From positions 1-22,482 of the forward strand of contig JBFMGU010000176.1 in assembly GCA_040752415.1 (NCBI GenBank): a stretch of DNA of 22,482 bases, given 5' to 3'. Of this stretch, positions 16,835-22,482 are shown piece after piece (position 1 is the first letter of the stretch; each line of letters opens with the position of its first letter). Position numbers and translations under genes: made by a program. The DNA is from Myxococcota bacterium (lineage in GTDB: Bacteria > Myxococcota > JACRCW01). A model generated the notes under the pieces. That model saw nothing but the letters and a program-made list of their open reading frames with translations, had not been told where the DNA came from and searched no databases.

Positions 16835-17377
16835 TCACACCAGGCCGGCCACCCAGCCCAGCACGTCCAACGCCGAGACCCAGCCCACCACCCGCCGCTC
16901 CTTGGAGACGATGGGCAGACCATGCACGTGCTGCAGCACCATCAGCTCCGCGGCCTGCGCCACCGTGGCGGTGGGCTCCAGCGCCAGGGCCGGGCTCATG
17001 ACGTCCTGCGCGGTGGCGGTGTCCAGGTTGCGCACCTGCGCGCGCATGCCGCCGGGAAGCAGCCCGGGGGAGATGGGCACCGTCCTGGGCTCGTACGCCT
17101 CGTCCAGGGCAATGCCGTGCGCCATGAGGTCGCTGCGGGAGATGATGCCCACCAGCTTCCCGTCGTCGTCGACCACCGGCATGCGGTGCAGATCCTGCTC
17201 CAGCATCACCTTGACGAACTCGCGCACCCCCACGTTCTGCGGGACCGAGACCACGTCGGTGGTCATCAGCTCCGTGACCGGGAGCTTGCCCGCGTGGAAC
17301 TGCGGCGTGGTCAGGTAGCTGGCAACGCCGGTGCCCGCAGCGTGATGGTTGCCGTTGCCTCTCGTCTCGGTGGTCAT
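16835..17377 (-). CDS. CBS-domain pair protein
   Basis: VTELMTTDVVSV, MPVVDDDGKLVGIISRSDL, AQDVMSP, LPIVSKERRVVGWVSALDVL. AAGGAG RBS. Confidence 0.92.
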   Translation of the reverse strand: MTTETRGNGNHHAAGTGVASYLTTPQFHAGKLPVTELMTTDVVSVPQNVGVREFVKVMLEQDLHRMPVVDDDGKLVGIISRSDLMAHGIALDEAYEPRTVPISPGLLPGGMRAQVRNLDTATAQDVMSPALALEPTATVAQAAELMVLQHVHGLPIVSKERRVVGWVSALDVLGWVAGLV

Positions 17378-17408
17378 GGCCGCTCACTCCTTGTGTCACG
17401 CTCCCTTT

Positions 17409-17424
17409 AGGAAGATCCGTGCCA
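17409..17424 (-). promoter_or_regulatory. Possible sigma-54-like promoter for the CBS-dksA pair
   Basis: TGGCACG-GATC-TTCCT: perfect -24 box, but the -12 box reads TTCC instead of TTGC. Confidence 0.3.
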
Positions 17425-17581
17425 CGCCCGTCCCCGCGCGCACGCCCCGACGTGCCGAAACAAGTTCGCTTGAGCATGGATGCGCGGAAATTCCTTCGGC
17501 GCCGCGCGTACGGCGTCAGCCCCGTCGTGGGCGTCGGTCCGGGACCGGCGGCCTTGACGCCCCGCACGACGACACCGTCTG

Positions 17582-18550
17582 ATGCGCGGCGCCATGTCCC
17601 CCGTGCGCGTGCTCGTCATCGCCCCCGACGACGCTTCCTATCTGCAGGTCCTCCGCCCCAGCCCGGGTGCGCTGGAGGTGACCGTGGGGCCGGGCGCAGC
17701 CGTGCTGGCGTCCGCCGCGCCCAACGCCGACGTGGTGCTGGTGGGGATGGGGCAGGGCGCGGTGCTGCGTGAGCTGTGGCCCCGGCTGACGCAGGTGCGG
17801 TGGGTGCACGCGCTCTCGGCGGGCGTGGAGGGCGTGTTGTTCCCGGCGCTGCGGGAGAGCGCGGTGCCGTTGACCAATGCGCGCGGCGTGTACGCGGTCT
17901 CGCTGGCGGAGTTCTGCCTGGGGGCCATGCTGGCCTTTGCCAAGGACTTCCGACGGCTCATCCGCAACCAGCAGGCGGGTCGGTGGGAGCGCTTCACCGT
18001 CGAGGAGGTGCGGGGACGGACGGTGGTGGTGCTGGGCTACGGGGAGATCGGTCGTGCGGTGGCGGTGCGGGCGCGCGCCATGGGGATGCGGGTGATCGGC
18101 GTGCGGCGCCGGCCCGCGCCCGACGAGCACGCGACGGTGGTGGGCCTGGAGCGGAAGCTGGAGGTGGTTCGGGAGGCGGACTACCTCGTCGTGGCGGCGC
18201 CGCTCACGCCGGACACGGTGGACCTGGTGGGGGAGGCCGAGCTGCGCGCCATGAAGCGCCATGCCGTGCTCATCAACGTGGGCCGCGGCCCCAGCGTGCA
18301 CGAGCCCAGCCTCATCCGCGCGCTGGAGGAAGGCTGGATCCGCGGCGCCGCGCTCGACGTGTTCGAGGTGGAGCCGCTGCCCGCCGGGCACCGCTTCTAT
18401 GCGCTGGAGAACGTGCTGCTCTCTCCCCACTGCGCCGACCAGACCGCCACCTGGCTGCAGGAGTCCATGGCGTTGTTCCTCGAGAACCTGGAGCGGTTCC
18501 AGGCCGGTCAGCCGCTGCGCAACGTCGTGGACAAGGCGCTGGGCTACTGA
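17582..18550 (+). CDS. D-isomer-specific 2-hydroxyacid dehydrogenase
   Basis: SAGVE, TNARGV, VLGYGEIGR (Rossmann), INVGRG, LDVFEVEPL, LSPHCAD. Alternative start at 17594. Confidence 0.95.
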   Translation: MRGAMSPVRVLVIAPDDASYLQVLRPSPGALEVTVGPGAAVLASAAPNADVVLVGMGQGAVLRELWPRLTQVRWVHALSAGVEGVLFPALRESAVPLTNARGVYAVSLAEFCLGAMLAFAKDFRRLIRNQQAGRWERFTVEEVRGRTVVVLGYGEIGRAVAVRARAMGMRVIGVRRRPAPDEHATVVGLERKLEVVREADYLVVAAPLTPDTVDLVGEAELRAMKRHAVLINVGRGPSVHEPSLIRALEEGWIRGAALDVFEVEPLPAGHRFYALENVLLSPHCADQTATWLQESMALFLENLERFQAGQPLRNVVDKALGY

Positions 18551-18552
18551 GA

Positions 18553-18693
18553 CCCGGGAAGTTCCCGTGCCCCTGCCCGGCATGTCGGGACCCCCAGCGC
18601 AGAGGTTTGCCGGCGGGGAACCCTGTCTGGCGACGGGGCTCCCAAGCCGGGCACGGGCACGGGCAGGGGCAGGGGCACGGGAAACTTCCTGGG
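18553..18693. repeat. Palindromic element with asymmetric TGCCCS hexamer arrays
   Basis: The left arm CCCGGGAAGTTCCCG(TGCCCS)2 pairs with a right arm carrying five complementary hexamers followed by CGGGAAACTTCCTGGG. Starts 2 nt after the dehydrogenase stop. Confidence 0.85.
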
Positions 18694-18766
18694 CCGCGAC
18701 GCAGCTGATGCTCACCCATTGAAACCCGTCGTCGCATCGCTACCTCCGTGCATCACGGGAGGACGC

Positions 18767-19030
18767 ATGGCCGAGCTGCATGTTCCATCCACCCCGCTGC
18801 CGTGGTTCCTGGTGGGCCTGCCGTTTCCCAGCACCCCCGCGGACGCCGTCGAGCACGCGCGGGGCCGCGGCGCGCCGGATGTGCTGCTGGACATCCTGGA
18901 GTCGCTGCCGGCGGCGGTGTTCACGTCGGAGGCGGGGCTGCACCACGCGCTCTCCGGGCTGGACGGGCGCGCGCTGCAGGGCATCCATCCGCCGCCCACC
19001 TACCCATCCCACGACGGAACCACGAGCTGA
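18767..19030 (+). CDS. DUF2795-like small protein
   Basis: GGAGG RBS. FLVGLPFPSTPADAVEHARGRGAPDVLLDILESLP..FTS. Confidence 0.75.
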   Translation: MAELHVPSTPLPWFLVGLPFPSTPADAVEHARGRGAPDVLLDILESLPAAVFTSEAGLHHALSGLDGRALQGIHPPPTYPSHDGTTS

Positions 19031-19078
19031 TGACGCGCCCGGCCCGCCAAGCCTAGGCTCCCGGGCCCGGAGGGGGAG

Positions 19079-20572
19079 ATGGCACGCACCGCCACGGTGA
19101 CGGCAAAGCAGGACAATCTGCCGCGCGCCGTGGAGGCGGTGGTGCGGAGGGCCAGCGTGCCGCCGCACCTGCGCACGTTGTTTGCCAACCTGCCCGGACC
19201 GCTGGAGCTGGACGTGCAGCTTCCCCGGCAGCCCCGCGCCATCCCGGTGCTGGTGCGGCAGCTCGTGAAGCTGGGCCTGGCGGGCGGCGCGTGTCGACTG
19301 GCGTCGTTGCGCCTGGTGGAGCCCGCACGCGGGGCGCGTGTGGTGTTCACGCGGGAGCGACGTCGTCACGTGGTGGAGGGCGCCTCCCTGGGCGGGGACC
19401 TCCTGGACGTGGTTCACGGCCTGCTGCAGGCGCTCTTCCGCCCCGACGAGCTCCCCGGCCTCCTGGACCGCCTGGCCTTCCAGTCCGCCACGCTGGCCAC
19501 GCTGCAGGCCATCTCCCGTCACATGCTGCGCGCCACCGAGCCCACGCGTGTGCACCACGCCATGCTGCTGGGCATCACCGCCGGGTACTCGCTGGGCTTC
19601 AACCGCGCCGTGCTCTTCACGCACGAGGACGGTCGCTTCATGGGAGCGCGCGCGGTGGGCCCGGGCAGTCACGAGGAGGCGCACCGCATCTGGGAGGAGC
19701 TGGAGATGGCGGAGCCGGGCATCGACGAGCTGCTCGCCGAGCTCGACCCGCCGGAGTGCAACCTGCAGCGCCAGGTGCGCGCGCTCTCCTTCACGCTGGG
19801 GACGCAGGCGCGGGACGAGATGGCGGCCGCCGCCGCGGCGGGTGAGCCGGTGCTCTTCCGTCGGGCGCGCGCGGTGAACCCGGTGCTGCGGGAGCTGGGC
19901 GCGCAGCGGGAGTTCGTGGTAGCGGCGGTGCGCGCGCGCCAGAACCTGCTGGGCTTCATCTTCGCCGACAACATCTACAGCCAGACGCCCATCACGCCGC
20001 TGCACCTGCGCTTCCTGCACCTCTTCCTGGACCAGGCCGCGCTGGTCTGGGAGAACCTGATCCTGCTGCGCAACGTGGAGCACCTGGCGCGGCATGACAG
20101 CCTGACGGGGCTGTTCAACCGTCGGGAGTTTGACGAGCGGCTGGCGCAGGCGCTGGCCCAGGTACGACGGGCGAAGACGGAATGCGCGCTGCTGGTGATT
20201 GACCTGGACCACTTCAAGCAGATCAACGACCAGCGCGGCCACGCCGCCGGCGACGAGGCGTTGCGCACCCTGGGCACGGTGTTGCGGCGCACGCTGCGCA
20301 CCTCCGACCTGGCGGGCCGCTACGGTGGCGACGAGTTCGTGGTGTTCCTGCCCGGCGCTTCCCCGCCGGAGGTCCGCGGCGCGGCGGTGCGGCTGGGGCA
20401 GGCGGCGCGTGAGCAGGGCATCTCGCTCAGCATTGGCGGCGCGCACCATCCGCGCGACTGCCTGGACCCCGCGGGCCTGTTCGCCGCCGCCGACGCCGCG
20501 CTCTACCGGGCCAAGGCCGCGGGGCGGGCCTGCGCGTGCCTGGGCGCGGTGGCGGAGCCGGTGCGTTACTGA
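19079..20572 (+). CDS. GAF-GGDEF diguanylate cyclase
   Basis: GAF variant (LGFNRAVLF...AVGPGSHEEAHRIW, GFIFADN). DSLTGLFNRR, DLDHFKQINDQRGHAAGD, RTSD I-site, RYGGDEF active site. Confidence 0.95.
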   Translation: MARTATVTAKQDNLPRAVEAVVRRASVPPHLRTLFANLPGPLELDVQLPRQPRAIPVLVRQLVKLGLAGGACRLASLRLVEPARGARVVFTRERRRHVVEGASLGGDLLDVVHGLLQALFRPDELPGLLDRLAFQSATLATLQAISRHMLRATEPTRVHHAMLLGITAGYSLGFNRAVLFTHEDGRFMGARAVGPGSHEEAHRIWEELEMAEPGIDELLAELDPPECNLQRQVRALSFTLGTQARDEMAAAAAAGEPVLFRRARAVNPVLRELGAQREFVVAAVRARQNLLGFIFADNIYSQTPITPLHLRFLHLFLDQAALVWENLILLRNVEHLARHDSLTGLFNRREFDERLAQALAQVRRAKTECALLVIDLDHFKQINDQRGHAAGDEALRTLGTVLRRTLRTSDLAGRYGGDEFVVFLPGASPPEVRGAAVRLGQAAREQGISLSIGGAHHPRDCLDPAGLFAAADAALYRAKAAGRACACLGAVAEPVRY

Positions 20573-20584
20573 CGGAGAGGATGC

Positions 20585-21148
20585 ATGTTGTACCTGTCCA
20601 TTGACGTCGAGGCGTCCGGCCCGTTTCCCGGAACGCATTCGCTGGTGAGCATTGGCGCGGTGCCGGTGGTGCGGACCGCAACGGAGTGGGAGCTGGACCG
20701 CACGCGGACGTTCTACGTGGAGCTGCAGCCCATGGAGGGCGCCGCGGAGGATCCCGAGGCCACCGCCATCCACGGCCTGAGCACGGAGTACCTGCGCCAG
20801 CACGGGCTCCCGCCCCGCGAGGCCATGGAGCGCTTCCGCGACTACGTGCTCCCGCTCGGCGAGCTGCGCACCGCGGCGTGGCCCATCAGCTTTGATCACC
20901 CGTACGTGGGCTGGTACGCGCAGCGCTTCCTGGGCAGCAATCCCGTCGGGCACACCGGCTTTGACATTCCCAGCTTTGCCATGGGGCTCTTCCACTGCAC
21001 GTCGCGGGAGCCGTTGCGTCAGCGCCTGCTCGCGGCGGGATTCGTGGCGGCGGTGAATCCCCACAAGCACCACGCGCTGGAGGACGCGCTGGAGCAGGGC
21101 CACACGCTGGCCTGGCTGCTCAACCGCGCGGAGCAGCTGGAGCGTTGA
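20585..21148 (+). CDS. DEDDh 3'-5' exonuclease (RNase AS/DUF5051-like)
   Basis: SIDVEASGP (ExoI), TFYVELQP, AWPISFD (ExoII), HHALEDA (ExoIII). GGAGAGG RBS. Confidence 0.9.
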   Translation: MLYLSIDVEASGPFPGTHSLVSIGAVPVVRTATEWELDRTRTFYVELQPMEGAAEDPEATAIHGLSTEYLRQHGLPPREAMERFRDYVLPLGELRTAAWPISFDHPYVGWYAQRFLGSNPVGHTGFDIPSFAMGLFHCTSREPLRQRLLAAGFVAAVNPHKHHALEDALEQGHTLAWLLNRAEQLER

Positions 21149-21214
21149 TCTCCTTCCCGCGCACATTCGGGCTGCACTATGGTCGCCGCGTCTTGAACCA
21201 ACCGGAGCGACGTC

Positions 21215-21454
21215 ATGAAGATCGAGGTGCGGGTGGCGGGTCGCGGTGTGGCGCGTGGGGATGACCTGACGATGGACCCCAACACCGTGGCGCACTGCAG
21301 CGTGTGCGGAAAGGACGTCGACCTGGTGGTCTCCCTGACGGAGAACACCTTCACCTGCCGTCCCTGCATCCGGGAGCGTCTCGACGCCACCAGCGTGGCC
21401 GGTTGGCGCCTGGGGGAGCAGAAGGGTCTGCCGTGGGGCAAGGTGGCGGGCTGA
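21215..21454 (+). CDS. Small C4 zinc-finger protein
   Basis: GGAG RBS. CSVC-x15-CRPC, a treble-clef-like spacing reminiscent of the ClpX zinc-binding domain. Confidence 0.7.
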   Translation: MKIEVRVAGRGVARGDDLTMDPNTVAHCSVCGKDVDLVVSLTENTFTCRPCIRERLDATSVAGWRLGEQKGLPWGKVAG

Positions 21455-21463
21455 TTCCCGTCG

Positions 21464-22081
21464 TCACCCCAGCACGTGCACCATCAGGAGCACCAGCGTT
21501 TCCCTTCGGGAATCCTCCTGGCTCCACCCTCCCAGCCCGCCGCTGCGTCGCTGCACCTGCCGGCTGGTCCCGCCCAGCACCAGCGCCTGCCCGGCACGCA
21601 CCGTGACCTGCGTGGCGCCCTCCAGCTGCTCTCCGGGGATGCTGGTGGTGGAAGCAAAAGGCGCCAGCGCCAGCTCCACCTCGTCGGAGGACGCGCGCAG
21701 CACGGTGACCTGCAGTCCTGTGTAGGGGCCGGCCAGCACCTGGGCCTGCTCGCTCATCATGATGGAGCCCGTGCTCCCCGCCTGCACCACGATGAAGCTG
21801 GCGGTGCGACTGCGCGCCCGACCATCCTCCGCGCCCGCGGCCACCACCGCGGCCAGGTCAACGACGCCACGCACCACGCCACCCGCGAGCGTGGTCTCGA
21901 TCCGCACGCCCGCGCGTGAGGAGATGTCCACCACGCCCAGCTCGACCTTCACGTTGGGTCGCGCGGGGTCGCCACTGCGCGGCAGCGCGCGTTCCATGCT
22001 GAATTCGTCGTCGACGGGCGTGGTCTCCCGGGTGGACGCGCACGCGACGCACAGGAGCAGGAGGAAGGACGCACGGAGCAT
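21464..22081 (-). CDS. Lipoprotein with a secretin-core-like C-terminal domain
   Basis: MLRASFLLLLCVA-C lipobox. NVKVELGVVDIS, ASFIVVQAGSTGSI, GLQVTV, ATQVTVRAGQALVLGG, RETLVLLMVHVL. Alternative start at 22093. Confidence 0.65.
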   Translation of the reverse strand: MLRASFLLLLCVACASTRETTPVDDEFSMERALPRSGDPARPNVKVELGVVDISSRAGVRIETTLAGGVVRGVVDLAAVVAAGAEDGRARSRTASFIVVQAGSTGSIMMSEQAQVLAGPYTGLQVTVLRASSDEVELALAPFASTTSIPGEQLEGATQVTVRAGQALVLGGTSRQVQRRSGGLGGWSQEDSRRETLVLLMVHVLG

Positions 22082-22123
22082 GCGGATGATCATCGCACGG
22101 TTGCAGCGCGCGGGGACGAGGCG

Positions 22124-22271
22124 GGGCCTTTCCCTCTCCCTCTCCCTCTCCCTCTCCCCCTCCCCGGAAGTCAGCGGGCCCGGGCCCATCGTGTCTCCAC
22201 GAAACCAGAGCGGGGTCGTCGTCGGAGGACCGACGAGACCCGAAAAGCCGGGTGGGGGAGGGGGAGAGCCC
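22124..22271. repeat. Palindromic element with asymmetric TCCCYC hexamer arrays
   Basis: GGGC..(TCCCTC)4TCCCCCTCCCCGG on the left pairs with CCGGGTGGGGGAGGGGGAGAGCCC on the right. Internal hairpin GGGTC-G-TCGTCGG-AGGA-CCGACGA-GACCC. Confidence 0.75.
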
Positions 22272-22482
22272 ACGTGATGCGGATCAGCGGATGGCGGGGG
22301 GGATCACCGGCAGCCAAGGCTGCACCTGGAAATGCACCAAGCCTGGCCTCGAAGCCCCGCCTGCACGACGTGACTGCGCCAGGCTCCACGTTGGGTGTTG
22401 GTAGGAAGCGTGGTTGAGAGCAGCGACGGGATGGAGATCCTTGCGCCAACGTGGATACCGCACACCACGTGTCCTACTGCCA

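Noticed and set aside
16119..18719. Identical peptide MGEHQLRR at 16119(+) and 18719(-), each next to a palindrome
   Set aside because: Only 19/24 nt identity and no convincing RBS. The first is the antisense reading of the hydrolase-like remnant. Compatible with chance.
18740..21295. 851-aa minus-strand ORF
   Set aside because: Antisense shadow of the DUF2795, GGDEF and exonuclease genes; no motifs; typical GC-rich artefact.
6453..22271. CRISPR array, retron msr/msd, invertible segment or tRNA interpretation of the repeats
   Set aside because: No regularly spaced direct repeats, no cas, reverse transcriptase or recombinase gene, and no cloverleaf seen in the window.
6428..22383. 14-mer GTGACTGCGCCAGG at 6428-6441 and 22370-22383
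   Set aside because: Matches of this length are expected by chance in 22 kb of GC-rich DNA, and the match does not extend convincingly.
22272..22482. Possible gene at the right edge
   Set aside because: No convincing codon bias or motif; cannot be judged without flanking sequence.

Overview
High-GC chromosomal segment (roughly 70% by eye). Gene content and peptide style (ECF sigma/anti-sigma trio, DAG-type linkers, Cys-rich lipoproteins) suggest a Myxococcota-like bacterium; this is inference. About 27 credible CDS: an ECF sigma module, stress/dormancy-type genes (BON, YflT-like, Pcm, CBS, TraR/DksA, DUF2795), a paralog-like ssb divergent from a very basic Arg/Thr-rich protein, several enzymes, a frameshifted DUF2341-LamG lipoprotein, a GAF-GGDEF cyclase with a DEDDh exonuclease, and a minimal secretin-like lipoprotein. 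The most striking signal is non-coding. Five long intergenic palindromes of 140-300 bp are present. Three of them (6453-6702, 14663-14951, 16178-16481) look unrelated overall but each carries an inverted pair of the same REP-like unit, TGG(G)AGT-GCG[hairpin]CGC-YY(T)TGG. One also has MITE-like TA-flanked ends inside a stop codon. No rRNA, tRNA, CRISPR array or transposase was seen. Family names come from motif recognition by eye, not database searches.
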